Shown: piece after piece, positions 38,859 through 48,761 of the stretch
How positions within the stretch are numbered: the stretch's first letter is position 1
Layout of the letters: each line of letters starts with the position of its first letter
Assembly: GCA_045598585.1 (NCBI GenBank)
Contig: JAZLMG010000047.1
Coordinates: forward strand, 1-63,273
Length of the DNA: 63,273 nucleotides
Source: Kiritimatiellia bacterium
GTDB lineage: Bacteria; Verrucomicrobiota; Kiritimatiellia; RFP12; UBA1067
Direction: 5' to 3'
Translations under genes and position numbers: made by a program
Notes under the pieces: model-generated
Told to the model about the DNA's origin: nothing
What the model saw: the letters and a program-made list of their open reading frames with translations, nothing else
Databases searched by the model: none

Positions 38859-40189
38859 GTTTTTTGCTGAAAATCATCAAGGGAGAGAACGCCGGGCTCG
38901 AAATCGCTTTGGCGGAAGGTAAGGTTACCTTCGGCTCGGGAGAGGACTGCGATATCGTGCTCGATGACGCGACGCTCCCCGAAAAGGCCTTTACGCTCGA
39001 GACTATCGGCGAACAGGTTTCGCTTATCAAGGATGGTGAAGAAGCGAAGGCGATCGAGCTTTATACGGTTTTTACTTCCGGAGAAATGGAATTCGCGGTT
39101 GGAGTCGAGGGTAAACGTTGGCCGAAGGTTAAGAGGGAGATAGAGATAGGTCAAGGTCAAGATCAAGGTCAAGGGGTGGAAGAGAAAATTGATCACCCGA
39201 AGATGGAGGAGATTAAGGCGGAGGAGCCGAAGAAAAAGCGCTGCGGATTCGGATGCTTTTCCGTCCTCGTCTTGATAATTCTCGCGTTTATCGGTGGCTA
39301 TTACCTCGCTCAGCGTTATAACGGGGAAGTCAAAACGCTTGTCGACGAAGCGAAAGAATTCTCGTACGACAAGATCGATAAGGACGCCGTTAAGCACTAT
39401 TACGGTATCGCAAAGGATAAATCGACCGAATATTACACCGCAGGTAAGAATAAGACCGCGGGTTGGCTCAGCACGCTCAAGACGAAGATGCCCTGGTACG
39501 TCGAGGAAGTCGATCCGTCGACTTTGCCGCCGCCGAGAACGCTCGAAGACGTTGCCGCTGACCACGCGCTTACCTTGACGACTGAGGGTAGCGTCACGAC
39601 GCTTTCCGGAAACTTCGTCAAGCGTATCGATAAGGTCGCCGCGATGCAGGACGCATACGAGGTCGAACCTCTCGTCAAGCTCGATTTCTCCGACGATGAG
39701 TCGCTTAAGTCCGGCGTCGAAGATACGCTTCTTACGATTTCGGAAGGGAAAATCAAAGTCGTCGAAGCCAAGAACCGCGCGGTCAAACTCGTCGGTAAGG
39801 TCGAAACGAAGGGCGAACTCGTAAGAATCGTGACGGCGATTTGCGCTGATGTCGCGAACGTAAGCTCGATCGACGACTCGGGAGTAGAAGTCGGAGAGCT
39901 TAAGAAGATCGAAGAAGAAAAGAAAGTCGAAGCGAAGGTAGAGGCAGAAACGAAGGAAGAAGCTCCCGCCGAGCCGAAGGAAGAAAAGCGTAAAGTCGAG
40001 AAGAAGACTGTTTCGACGCCCAATTGCCCGATCTCGGGTATCATCACCTCGCCATATCCCTGCATCATTATGCGCGATGGTTCGAGGGCAATCGAAGGAG
40101 CGTACGTCGGCGAGTGGCTCGTCGTTAAGATTGAAGCTAATCAAGTCAAGTTCCGCAAGAACGGCAAGGAGGTAACGTGGAGACCGTAA
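38855..40189 (+). CDS. sctD: Inner-membrane ring protein (YscD-like)
   Basis: N-terminal FHA-like (GSGEDCDIVLDD), one TM, BON-like periplasmic domains. Confidence 0.8.
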   Translation: MSFLLKIIKGENAGLEIALAEGKVTFGSGEDCDIVLDDATLPEKAFTLETIGEQVSLIKDGEEAKAIELYTVFTSGEMEFAVGVEGKRWPKVKREIEIGQGQDQGQGVEEKIDHPKMEEIKAEEPKKKRCGFGCFSVLVLIILAFIGGYYLAQRYNGEVKTLVDEAKEFSYDKIDKDAVKHYYGIAKDKSTEYYTAGKNKTAGWLSTLKTKMPWYVEEVDPSTLPPPRTLEDVAADHALTLTTEGSVTTLSGNFVKRIDKVAAMQDAYEVEPLVKLDFSDDESLKSGVEDTLLTISEGKIKVVEAKNRAVKLVGKVETKGELVRIVTAICADVANVSSIDDSGVEVGELKKIEEEKKVEAKVEAETKEEAPAEPKEEKRKVEKKTVSTPNCPISGIITSPYPCIIMRDGSRAIEGAYVGEWLVVKIEANQVKFRKNGKEVTWRP

Positions 40190-40410
40190 ACGAAAATCCG
40201 CTGCGCCTCCTGAAGATCGAGGAAGAGCTTGCCGGCTCTGACGCGGACGAGGCTGTCCGCAAATATGACGCGGAGCTGCTCGCAATTGACGCGAGAGCGA
40301 AGGAAGCGATGAATCGCGGTCTCGCTCCGGAGGATTTCGCCAAGGTCGAAGAGCTTAAGGAGGCGGTACTCGTCGCTCGGAAGCTTATTCGACTCGCGGC
40401 AAAAAAGTAA
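40177..40410 (+). CDS. YscE-like needle co-chaperone
   Basis: 77 aa helical hairpin (GLAPEDF...AVLVARKLI) between sctD and sctF. Confidence 0.7.
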   Translation: METVNENPLRLLKIEEELAGSDADEAVRKYDAELLAIDARAKEAMNRGLAPEDFAKVEELKEAVLVARKLIRLAAKK

Positions 40411-40468
40411 ACGATTTCGAGGAAGCTCGGAAAACAAGAACACGAAAATAAGCAAAGGAGTAAATAAA

Positions 40469-40786
40469 ATGGCAGTATCACTTACTAATGGCGAAGGCCT
40501 TAGCGTCGTTACGAATGTCAAGTCGACGATTCCGACTCATTCGCAAATCAGCGGTAGCGTTCTTCACACCGATGCCGTCTATAATGCGCTTATGACTGCG
40601 GCGTTGACGATGGAAGAAAAGCTCGCCACCTCGCTTAAGACCTACAACGAACACCCGGACGTTCAGGCGAACCTCCAGCAGCTTCAGTACGATCTCCAGC
40701 AGTGGAATCTCGCGCTCACGACCATGACCAATATTCAGAAGAATATGGCGGATGCGCTTGCGTCGGTTGCTTCCAACATGCGCTAA
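40469..40786 (+). CDS. sctF: Needle subunit
   Basis: LQQLQYDLQQWNLALTTMTNIQKNMADALASVASNMR; strong RBS. Confidence 0.8.
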   Translation: MAVSLTNGEGLSVVTNVKSTIPTHSQISGSVLHTDAVYNALMTAALTMEEKLATSLKTYNEHPDVQANLQQLQYDLQQWNLALTTMTNIQKNMADALASVASNMR

Positions 40787-40798
40787 TAAAGGATTTTC

Positions 40799-41164
40799 GT
40801 GTTCGATCTATCGTCAGATGAAGCACGGCTCCTTTTAAATGTCGCTTTAATGGCGACAGGACAGAACCGCTTTCAGAGCGCGGCGAAAATCATCGCCGTC
40901 CTGGAGCGGTTCCGCCCGGAGTCCGAGAGCGTAAAGGTGGCGAAGGCGATTCTCATGATCAGCATGCAGGATTTCGTCTTGGCACTCGAGTATATTGATG
41001 AAATAGCCCTTGTAGCCCACCCCGAATCGGGGATGCTGAAGGCGTTTCGCGGTATGGCGCTCATTCGTTTGGGGAGAAAGTCGGAGGCGGAAAGTTGCTT
41101 GGTGGAGGCGGCCGAGTCGAGAGATGAAGCCGCCGCGAACCTGGCGAAAGGACTGCTATCGTGA
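40799..41164 (+). CDS. YscG/HrpB1-like TPR needle chaperone
   Basis: 121 aa with TPR pattern directly after sctF. Confidence 0.6.
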   Translation: MFDLSSDEARLLLNVALMATGQNRFQSAAKIIAVLERFRPESESVKVAKAILMISMQDFVLALEYIDEIALVAHPESGMLKAFRGMALIRLGRKSEAESCLVEAAESRDEAAANLAKGLLS

Positions 41165-41541
41165 TGGATATTGCAGCAGTTGAAGCGCTACGAGCCGCCG
41201 GCTCGTCCCAGGCGATTCAGTTCATGAATCAGCCGATGGAGGCAGCGAAGGTCGCCGATCCCAAGGCCGTCGAAGCATTCAATGCGGCGATGGGGCCTCA
41301 GGCTTCCGAACCGGTGCCGTTCGCGAGTAAAGTCGCGGAAACCTGGAAAGCGGCGCAAGACAATAATCAGGCGCTTTTGCATCGAATTACCGCCTTGTCG
41401 GAGATGGGTCAGTCTCCCTCGATCGTTCAATTATCGCAGCTTCAGTATGAAATCGCGAATTTGAGCTTTCAGCAGGAAGTCGTGACCAGCGTCGCGAAAA
41501 AGGCGAGCGGTGCAATCGAAACGTTGGTAAAGAATGGATAA
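41164..41541 (+). CDS. sctI: Inner rod protein
   Basis: C-terminal QLQYEI...QEVVTSVAKKASGAIETLVK. Confidence 0.85.
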   Translation: MDIAAVEALRAAGSSQAIQFMNQPMEAAKVADPKAVEAFNAAMGPQASEPVPFASKVAETWKAAQDNNQALLHRITALSEMGQSPSIVQLSQLQYEIANLSFQQEVVTSVAKKASGAIETLVKNG

Positions 41542-41875
41542 CGACGAAAAGCAATTGATGCTTACGGGCGCGTGGCTCTTCGCGAGGCATGGACAAGCTT
41601 CGCGTTCGAGAGCGCTCCTCGAGGCACTCGGAGAAGAAGACCCTAAAGACGGGGTCGTCGCTTCCGTTTTAGCTCAATTGCTGATGGATGAAGGTCGCGC
41701 CGAAGAAGCACTTAAGGTCGTTAGAGGAGCGTATTTCCCCGAACGACTCAAGCGCGCGGAAGCGATCTTGGAAACGCGTGCGTTAAGAGCGCTCGGAAAG
41801 GCGGACGAAGCCGACATGCGTTGGCGTCGGTATGTGAACGCCGCTCAAGGCGCGAAAAGAGAGTGGGTCAGTTAG
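41534..41875 (+). CDS. sctY: YscY-like TPR chaperone
   Basis: AWLFARHGQASRSRALLEAL...ALRALGKADEA..WRRY. Confidence 0.6.
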   Translation: MDNDEKQLMLTGAWLFARHGQASRSRALLEALGEEDPKDGVVASVLAQLLMDEGRAEEALKVVRGAYFPERLKRAEAILETRALRALGKADEADMRWRRYVNAAQGAKREWVS

Positions 41876-41900
41876 GTCTAGAAGAAAGGTGTAGGTCGAT

Positions 41901-42494
41901 ATGAGGAAAATCTTAACACCGATTGTGTCCGCGGCTTTGCTTTTAGTTGCGGGCTGTGAAGAAGAGACGACGCTCTATTCGGGGCTTGAAGAGCGCCAGG
42001 CGAATGGCGTTATGGCGGCCTTGTTGGAGAACGACATCTCCTGCCACAAGCTCCCCGGCGAAGAAGGAACGTGGAACGTGATGATCGGGGAAAGTAAATT
42101 CGCGAAGGCGATGGATATCCTCGAACAGAGGGGACTGCCGCGACGTCAATATATGGGCGTATCCGAGACCTTCAAGAAGACCGGCATGGTCTCGAGCCCG
42201 ACCGAAGAGCGTATTCGTTTTATGGACGCGCTCGCTCAGGATCTTTCGCGCACGATTTCGCAGATCGAAGGCGTAGTGGACGCGCGAGTTCATGTCGTTC
42301 TCCCGCAGAACGATCCGTTCGCGAAAAACTCGAAGCCCTCGAGCGCGGCAGTTTCGATTCGTCATCGCTATGATGTCGAGATGGCGGATTTCCTTCCCCA
42401 GATCAAGAGCTTGGTGAAGAACTCGATCGAGGGACTTGATTACGAGAAGATTTCGGTGACGCTTTTCCGTGATGCGCCGCCCAAGAAGAAATAA
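41901..42494 (+). CDS. sctJ: Inner-membrane ring lipoprotein (no C-terminal TM)
   Basis: Lipobox LVAGC, LYSGLEERQAN, VSSPTEER, DARVHVVLP, YEKISV. Confidence 0.95.
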   Translation: MRKILTPIVSAALLLVAGCEEETTLYSGLEERQANGVMAALLENDISCHKLPGEEGTWNVMIGESKFAKAMDILEQRGLPRRQYMGVSETFKKTGMVSSPTEERIRFMDALAQDLSRTISQIEGVVDARVHVVLPQNDPFAKNSKPSSAAVSIRHRYDVEMADFLPQIKSLVKNSIEGLDYEKISVTLFRDAPPKKK

Positions 42495-42508
42495 GAAAGA
42501 ACGCGCAG

Positions 42509-42973
42509 ATGGACCTTAAGACGGCAAGAGAACTGGTGAGAGACGAGCGGATTTGGCCGCTCGCCCTCGAGTTCGCCTTGAAGCAGGAAAAGCCGTTTTT
42601 CCATTCTTTCCCGAAGGAAGATGGAAGTCGCCTCGCGCTTATCGACGAAAGTACCAGAAAAGAAATCGCCGCGTGGCTGGAGGTCGTCGCGAATTGGAAG
42701 GCGCTTAAAGATATTGTGGATGGAGCGAAAGTAAGAGAGCTTAAAGCGCGGCTCGGGAATGCTTTCCCGGCGGCGATCAAGTACGCGCCTTACTTCGCGA
42801 AGTGGAAACTTCCCGAAGGGGAAGGAGCTGCGCTACTCGCGACCGCGATGAAAAAGGCGCCGAAAGAAGTCCTCTTCGCTCAGCCCCTTAAAAAAGGCGA
42901 AGTTCCGCTCGCGGCGGTTATGAAGCTCCTAGAGATGAAATTTCCGGAGGCCTACAAGTTATGCTTATCATGA
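42509..42973 (+). CDS. SctK-like sorting-platform adaptor (positional call)
   Basis: 154 aa between sctJ and sctL. Confidence 0.45.
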   Translation: MDLKTARELVRDERIWPLALEFALKQEKPFFHSFPKEDGSRLALIDESTRKEIAAWLEVVANWKALKDIVDGAKVRELKARLGNAFPAAIKYAPYFAKWKLPEGEGAALLATAMKKAPKEVLFAQPLKKGEVPLAAVMKLLEMKFPEAYKLCLS

Positions 42974-43524
42974 ATAAAGAATCCTTCGAACTTAATTCGG
43001 CCTCCCGCGTCGTCAAGGCGTCGGATGTCGAAAAGATCGAGACTATTGACGCGGTTATCGAAGCGGCGCGTAAAGAGGGCTATGAGGCGGGGCTTCAGGA
43101 AGGACGCATGAAGGCGGCAATGCACCACCTCAATCTCGTCGAGGCGGGTGTCAAGTATATGGAAAGCGTCGAGCAGACGATGGCGGATATCGTTCTCAAG
43201 GCGCTTAAGAAGTGTATCGACTCGATTCCCAACGAAGAACTTATCGTCGGCATTACCAAAAAGGCGATGAAAGCGATTGTCCGCAATCAAGCCGAAATAA
43301 CGATTCGCGTTAACCCCGCGATGGTCGAATATGTGAAGACACGCGCGGCGGATATCATGAAGGAATTTCCCTCCCTTAATTATCTCGATGTTCAGGAAGA
43401 TGCGAAGCTCGGAGAAAAGGCGTGCGTCGTCGAAACTGCTGCGGGAAGCGTCGACGCTTCGATCGATGTGCAGCTCGCCGCGATCGAGCGCTCGATCAGA
43501 AAGAATTTCAGTAAGGAAGCGTAA
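42961..43524 (+). CDS. sctL: Stator (YscL/HrpE)
   Basis: EGYEAGLQEG, IRVNP, CVVETAAGSVDASIDVQL. Confidence 0.9.
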   Translation: MLIMNKESFELNSASRVVKASDVEKIETIDAVIEAARKEGYEAGLQEGRMKAAMHHLNLVEAGVKYMESVEQTMADIVLKALKKCIDSIPNEELIVGITKKAMKAIVRNQAEITIRVNPAMVEYVKTRAADIMKEFPSLNYLDVQEDAKLGEKACVVETAAGSVDASIDVQLAAIERSIRKNFSKEA

Positions 43525-44850
43525 ATGGCCTCATCGTTCGACTATATCACTCAGGTCTTGGACCGCGCCGTAGAGGACGCCGACCCTATCGAAGTAAAGG
43601 GTCGCGTGATTCAGGTCGTCGGCACGATCATCAAGGCCGCAGTCCCTGGAGTCAAGGTCGGCGAGGTGTGCATCTTAAGAAATCCTTGGGAGAATTTTGA
43701 AGTTCAGGCCGAGGTCGTCGGCTTTACCAAGGACGCGGCGCTTTTGACGGCGCTTGGGCAGATGATCGGCATTTCCGCGCAGACGGAAGTAATTCCGACG
43801 CGTCGCGTTCACATGGTGCCGGTAGGATATTCGCTCTTGGGACGCGTCTTGGACGGCTTAGGGCGTCCAATCGATACGGAAAAGGGCCCGATTCGTCCCG
43901 AGGGATATTACCCCGTCTTCGCCGATCCGCCCAGTCCCTTGCAGCGCAAGATCATTTCGAAGCCGATTTCGCTCGGTGTGAGAGCGCTCGATGGCATGCT
44001 CACTTGTGGCGAAGGTCAGCGTATGGGTATTTTCGCCGCGGCCGGTGGCGGTAAGTCGACATTGATGGCGCAGATTGTGCGCAACACTTCGGCGGACGTT
44101 ACGGTTATGGCGCTTATCGGCGAACGTGGACGCGAAGTAAGAGAATTTATTGAAAAGGACTTAGGTCCCGAGGGTATGCGTAAGTCGGTCGTCGTCTGCT
44201 CGACTTCGGATCGCAGTTCGATGGAACGACTAAAGGCCGCTTATGTCGCGACGTCCATCGCAGAATTCTTCCGCGATAGAGGCGAGAAGGTTCTTCTTTT
44301 GATGGACTCCGTGACGCGCTTCGGTCGTGCGCAACGCGAAATCGGCCTCGCGGCAGGTGAGCCGCCGACACGCCGCGGCTTCCCGCCGAGCGTTTTCTCG
44401 GAGCTTCCGAAACTTATGGAGCGCGCCGGCAATTCCGACAAGGGCTCGATCACCGCGCTCTATACGGTGCTCGTCGAAGGCGACGATATGACCGAGCCGA
44501 TTGCCGACGAAACGCGCTCGATTCTCGACGGCCATATCATTCTTTCGCGCAAACTCGCGCAACTTAATCACTATCCGGCGATAGATGTTCTCGCGTCGGT
44601 TTCGCGCTGCCAATCGGCGATTGTGCCGAAGGAACACAAGCAGGCCGCTTCGAAACTTCGTCAGATTTTGGCGAAGTACAACGAAGTCGAACTTCTCCTT
44701 AAGATCGGCGAATATCATAAGGGCGCGGATCCGGCGACTGACGAGGCGATTTCGAAGATTGATAAGGTTAACGCCTTCCTTCGTCAGAGTTTGACCGACA
44801 AGCCGCAGTATGACGATACGATTCAGAAGCTTATGGAGGCGGTAAGTTAA
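43525..44850 (+). CDS. sctN: T3SS ATPase
   Basis: [44 protein letters not shown]. Confidence 0.98.
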   Translation: MASSFDYITQVLDRAVEDADPIEVKGRVIQVVGTIIKAAVPGVKVGEVCILRNPWENFEVQAEVVGFTKDAALLTALGQMIGISAQTEVIPTRRVHMVPVGYSLLGRVLDGLGRPIDTEKGPIRPEGYYPVFADPPSPLQRKIISKPISLGVRALDGMLTCGEGQRMGIFAAAGGGKSTLMAQIVRNTSADVTVMALIGERGREVREFIEKDLGPEGMRKSVVVCSTSDRSSMERLKAAYVATSIAEFFRDRGEKVLLLMDSVTRFGRAQREIGLAAGEPPTRRGFPPSVFSELPKLMERAGNSDKGSITALYTVLVEGDDMTEPIADETRSILDGHIILSRKLAQLNHYPAIDVLASVSRCQSAIVPKEHKQAASKLRQILAKYNEVELLLKIGEYHKGADPATDEAISKIDKVNAFLRQSLTDKPQYDDTIQKLMEAVS

Positions 44851-45344
44851 TGGCGTATTTGCTCCAGAGTCTTCTCAACATTCGCGAAATGCGTGAGGAT
44901 CGAGCCGGCAAGGCGCTCGTCGCCGCGCGGCATAGTCGCGATTTGGCGAAGACGGAGCTCGAAAATCGTCGAGTCAAGCTCGCGCGTTATGAAGGCGAGA
45001 AGGAGTCGCGTCGCGATAAGGTTTTCGCTGCGATTATCGGGCGCGCGGTTTCGCGGCAAGATATCGACCTTGCCCGCGAGGCGGTCGCGAGAATCGACGA
45101 AGAAGGCGCGCTCCTTAAAGATGGCGTTGTTCGCGCCGAAGGTGAGCTCGAGGCGAAGGAAGTCGAGGCCGATAAGGCGAATAAGCTTTTCGTTGTGGCG
45201 ACGAGAAGCCATCAAAAGATCGTGCAACATCGCGCGATTTGGGAAGCGGAAGAGAAGAAGCTCGCCGAGCAGGCGGCGGATCGCGAGATGGAAGAATTTA
45301 CCGGAAGGAAAATGACGGATGACGATTCCGACGATTTCGATTGA
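44850..45344 (+). CDS. sctO: Stalk protein (YscO-like)
   Basis: Coiled coil after sctN; LLNIREMREDRA...EMEEF. Confidence 0.85.
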   Translation: MAYLLQSLLNIREMREDRAGKALVAARHSRDLAKTELENRRVKLARYEGEKESRRDKVFAAIIGRAVSRQDIDLAREAVARIDEEGALLKDGVVRAEGELEAKEVEADKANKLFVVATRSHQKIVQHRAIWEAEEKKLAEQAADREMEEFTGRKMTDDDSDDFD

Positions 45345-47001
45345 TTTCGCCATGCCGACGATTACGGGTGTGCAGGACACGGCTTCGACGATTATGTCGA
45401 TGCCGGAGCTTGGTACGCTCGCGAGACCGCCGGCACCGCCTTCGCCCGAAGCGGTTGCGCTTTTCGAGAAGGCGATGGCGGATAATGTCATTATCGCGAA
45501 AGAGTTCGAGACGGTTGTCGCCGAAAAGCCCGTCGTAATCGCCGCGAAGCCGCAGGTAGTTATCAAAGAGAAGCCGGTATTCCCGGAAGCGTTTTTGGCC
45601 ACGGAGAGCACAAAGGTTGCAGAGTTCGTTAAACCGGAGGTTGCCGAGAAGCCGATCGTTCAGGCGCCGATTTTAGCCACAGAGAACACAAAGGTCACAG
45701 AGACGACCGTCGTCGTAGCTGATAAGCCGATCGTTACCGAAAAGCCGGTGGTCGTTAGCGAGAAGCCTGTCGTTTCTGACAGGGCGCAGGACGTGGTTGT
45801 CACGACGCCGAAGGCTTCTGAGTCCTTTGTGAACTTTGTGGCTAAAGAACTGCCCGTAGCGACGCCCCAGACGTTTAAAGCGGTAGTAGTCGAAACCAAG
45901 GAAGTCGCCAAAGCTTTCGAAGCACTCGTTATCGAGAAGCCGATAGTTGCTAACGTTGAGAAGCCTGTCATCGTTACCGATAGGCTGATTGATCAGGTTC
46001 CTGTTTTAGCCACAGAGAACACAAAGGTCACAGAGGCGACTGTAGTTGAGAAACCCGTAGTCGTTGGCGCCGAAATGCCGAAGGCCTTTGAGAACTCTGT
46101 TAACTTTGTGGCTAAAGAACTGCCCGTAGCGACGCCCGAGACGTTTAAAGCGGTAGTAGTCGAAAACAAGGAAGTCGCCAAAGCTTTCGAAGCAGTCGTT
46201 ATCGAGAAGCCGATAGTTGCTAACGTTGAGAAGCCTGTCGTTTCCGATAAGCCGGTCGTTCAGGTTTCTGTTTTAGCCACAGAGAACACAAAGGTCACAG
46301 AGGCGACTGTAGTTGAGAAACCCGTAGTCGTTGTCGCCGAAATGCCGAAGGCCTTTGAGAACTCTGTGAACTTTGTGGCTAAAGAACTTCCCGTAGCGAC
46401 GCCTGAGACGTTTAAGGCGGTGGTCGTCGAGAATAAGGAAGTCGCGAAGGTTTTCGAGACGGTTGTTCAGGTTCCTGTTTTAGCCACAAAGAACACAAAG
46501 GTTACAGAGACGACTGTCGTCGAGGCTAAGAAGCCGGTCATCGTTAGCGAGAAGCCGGAAGAGTCGAAGGAGAGGCCGACGCCGGTTGTTATCGACTTGA
46601 CGCAGCTTCAGCCGATTACGGCGCCGATTAAGGAAGTCGACGTCGCGCCGGTCGCGCAAGTTTCCGCTTCGGTTGTCGAGCAAGTCGAGCGTGTAAGCGC
46701 CGCGTCTGTCCTCATTGAAGCGGCTACCGCAGTCGCCGATACGCTCGTCTATAATCCCGGACTTGTCCGCGGCGAAGGCGAAATCAAGGTCGTTCTTAAA
46801 GAGAATGTTCTCGCGGGAACGGAAATCAGCGTCGCTATTCATAATGGCGAGCTTTCGGTCAAGTTCCTCCCCTCTGTCGACGCTATTGCCACGCTGCTCA
46901 CGAGTTGCCAGGGCGAGCTCGCGCAGCTCCTCTCCACTCACGTTCGCAATTTCAAAGTTACGACTTCGGTCGTGAAGAAGAATGACGATGAAACCGTTTG
47001 A
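45319..47001 (+). CDS. sctP: Needle-length ruler (YscP-like) with internal ~89-aa repeats
   Basis: Between sctO and sctQ; low-complexity V/E/K/P/T middle; T3S4-like C-domain (EIKVVLKENVLAGTEISVAIHNGELSVKF). Confidence 0.8.
   Translation: MTIPTISIDFAMPTITGVQDTASTIMSMPELGTLARPPAPPSPEAVALFEKAMADNVIIAKEFETVVAEKPVVIAAKPQVVIKEKPVFPEAFLATESTKVAEFVKPEVAEKPIVQAPILATENTKVTETTVVVADKPIVTEKPVVVSEKPVVSDRAQDVVVTTPKASESFVNFVAKELPVATPQTFKAVVVETKEVAKAFEALVIEKPIVANVEKPVIVTDRLIDQVPVLATENTKVTEATVVEKPVVVGAEMPKAFENSVNFVAKELPVATPETFKAVVVENKEVAKAFEAVVIEKPIVANVEKPVVSDKPVVQVSVLATENTKVTEATVVEKPVVVVAEMPKAFENSVNFVAKELPVATPETFKAVVVENKEVAKVFETVVQVPVLATKNTKVTETTVVEAKKPVIVSEKPEESKERPTPVVIDLTQLQPITAPIKEVDVAPVAQVSASVVEQVERVSAASVLIEAATAVADTLVYNPGLVRGEGEIKVVLKENVLAGTEISVAIHNGELSVKFLPSVDAIATLLTSCQGELAQLLSTHVRNFKVTTSVVKKNDDETV
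45594..46509. repeat. ~267-bp tandem repeats built around ~31-bp inverted arms
   Basis: TTTTAGCCACAGAGAACACAAAGGTCACAGAG-like at 45594, 45671, 46004, 46271, 46478; complementary arms at 45816, 46086, 46353. Confidence 0.85.
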
Positions 47002-47827
47002 GCTTTTCAAGAGTCTGAACCAAATCAAGGCGATGTCTAAATTGGATATCGTTCTACATCCCGCATGGTCACGACCGATTATTGTCGAGGGCGAGGAATA
47101 TACCTTGCGCGTAGCCGAGGGTTCGATGCAGGGCGTTAACCTCTTGGTTTCGTGGGGTCAAGAGAAGGGCGTATTGACGCTTTTCGATTCGCCCAAGTTC
47201 CCTGACTTCTCGCGCCTTTTCCCTCGCCAAGCCGAAATCCCCGATTCTATCTTGCTCGCGGTTATCGAAAAGGAAGCGGGCGTTCTTTTGCAGGCGCTCG
47301 AAAACACAATTCGCGCGGAACTTTCGATTTCGGGGCTGGTCAAAGAGTCCGGCGACGCGAAGAAATTCGAGGTCGTTAGCGAGAAGGGCGAAATCGTTTT
47401 CACTTTCGCGCTTACGCTTACGGAAGCGATTTTGAGCGAATTCGCGCGTCTGGAGTATCTGGATCTCTCTCATGAATCGATCGCTTCGATGAAGATACCG
47501 GCCGAAATCGAATTCGCCGCGTTTCCCGTGCAAGAAATCGAGGGCTTGGAAGTCGGCGACTCGCTGCTTCTCCCCGAACTCGATACGCCGAGCCCGGGTA
47601 CAGCGGTCTTGAGGGGAGCGTCGACTTCCGAGCAAGTTCGCGTTCTTTCGCCCGAAGAGGGCCAAGTCACTTTCGCTCAGATCATTATCGGCGGTGACGC
47701 GGTTCGCCGCGAAAGAAGCGAAGAGCTGAAGCTTATCTTGAAGGGAGAAGAAATCGGCCGCAGCGTTGTCGCGAAGGTCGGTAGCGCACCTGCCTTGAAA
47801 ATTATCGCTTTAAATAGAGGACTCTGA
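46982..47827 (+). CDS. sctQ: Divergent cytoplasmic ring protein (SPOA)
   Basis: Position before sctR; LEVGDSLLL and LKGEEIGRSVVAKVG...LKII SPOA-like segments. Confidence 0.7.
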   Translation: MTMKPFELFKSLNQIKAMSKLDIVLHPAWSRPIIVEGEEYTLRVAEGSMQGVNLLVSWGQEKGVLTLFDSPKFPDFSRLFPRQAEIPDSILLAVIEKEAGVLLQALENTIRAELSISGLVKESGDAKKFEVVSEKGEIVFTFALTLTEAILSEFARLEYLDLSHESIASMKIPAEIEFAAFPVQEIEGLEVGDSLLLPELDTPSPGTAVLRGASTSEQVRVLSPEEGQVTFAQIIIGGDAVRRERSEELKLILKGEEIGRSVVAKVGSAPALKIIALNRGL

Positions 47828-47828
47828 C

Positions 47829-48476
47829 ATGTTTTCCCAAGACCCATTTACACTTATAGTTCTTTTCGTCGGCATGTCGCTCTTGCCGTTCTTGGCAATG
47901 ATCGCGACGAGCTATTTGAAGATTGTGGTCGTGATGTCGCTGATTCGTAACGCGCTCGGCATTCAGTCGATTCCGCCGAACATGGTGATCAATGCGCTTG
48001 CGCTTATTCTTTCGTTCTACATTATGGCGCCGCGTATCGACAAGTGTTGGACGACGATGCAGGAAGGGCTTAAGGACAATAAGCCCGAGGTTCTTTACCA
48101 GACCGACTTGGCTGTTCGCGCGTCCGAGCCGTTCCGCGAATTCCTCGAACTTAACACCTCCGATCAGCATCGTGCCTTTTTCGTTCGCACCGCCGAACGC
48201 CTTTGGGGGCAGGAGAATAAGGTCGATGAACGTAGCTATTATATCCTTATCCCGAGTTTTTGCGTCTCGGAACTTACACGCGCGTTTATGATCGGCTTCC
48301 TCGTTTACCTCCCGTTTATCGCGATCGACATCATCGTCTCGAATATATTGCTCGCGATGGGCATGATGATGGTCTCGCCGGTAACGATTTCGCTTCCGTT
48401 CAAGCTTCTCCTTTTCGTGATGGTTAACGGTTGGTCGCGACTTATTCAGGGCCTCGTTCAGAGCTATGTGGTTTAA
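47829..48476 (+). CDS. sctR: Export apparatus protein
   Basis: RNALGIQSIPPNM, SELTRAF, MGMMMVSPVTISLPFKLLLF. Confidence 0.97.
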   Translation: MFSQDPFTLIVLFVGMSLLPFLAMIATSYLKIVVVMSLIRNALGIQSIPPNMVINALALILSFYIMAPRIDKCWTTMQEGLKDNKPEVLYQTDLAVRASEPFREFLELNTSDQHRAFFVRTAERLWGQENKVDERSYYILIPSFCVSELTRAFMIGFLVYLPFIAIDIIVSNILLAMGMMMVSPVTISLPFKLLLFVMVNGWSRLIQGLVQSYVV

Positions 48477-48491
48477 TAGGAGATAACCTAC

Positions 48492-48761
48492 ATGGATCTT
48501 TCGATGCTCTTAGATTACGCGCAGACGACGCTGATAATCGTTCTTAAGTTGTCGATGATTCCGATCATCGTTGCGACGGTCGTGGGACTGCTCGTCTCGC
48601 TTTTGCAGGCGCTTACCCAAATTCAGGAGCAAACGCTTGGCTTCGCAGTTAAGCTGATAACGATTTCTTTGACGATCATGATCGCCGCGAGCTGGATGGG
48701 CGGCGAACTCCTTCAATTCACCGAAAGTATTTTCACCAACTTCCCCGGAATAACCCGATGA
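48492..48761 (+). CDS. sctS: Export apparatus protein
   Basis: GLLVSLLQALTQIQEQTLGFAVKL. Confidence 0.97.
   Translation: MDLSMLLDYAQTTLIIVLKLSMIPIIVATVVGLLVSLLQALTQIQEQTLGFAVKLITISLTIMIAASWMGGELLQFTESIFTNFPGITR

Noticed and set aside
40407-40435. Possible eighth ECF promoter before sctF (GTAAAC-N15-CGGAAAAC)
   Set aside because: Spacing and position fit, but both boxes carry mismatches; needs a PWM score or TSS data
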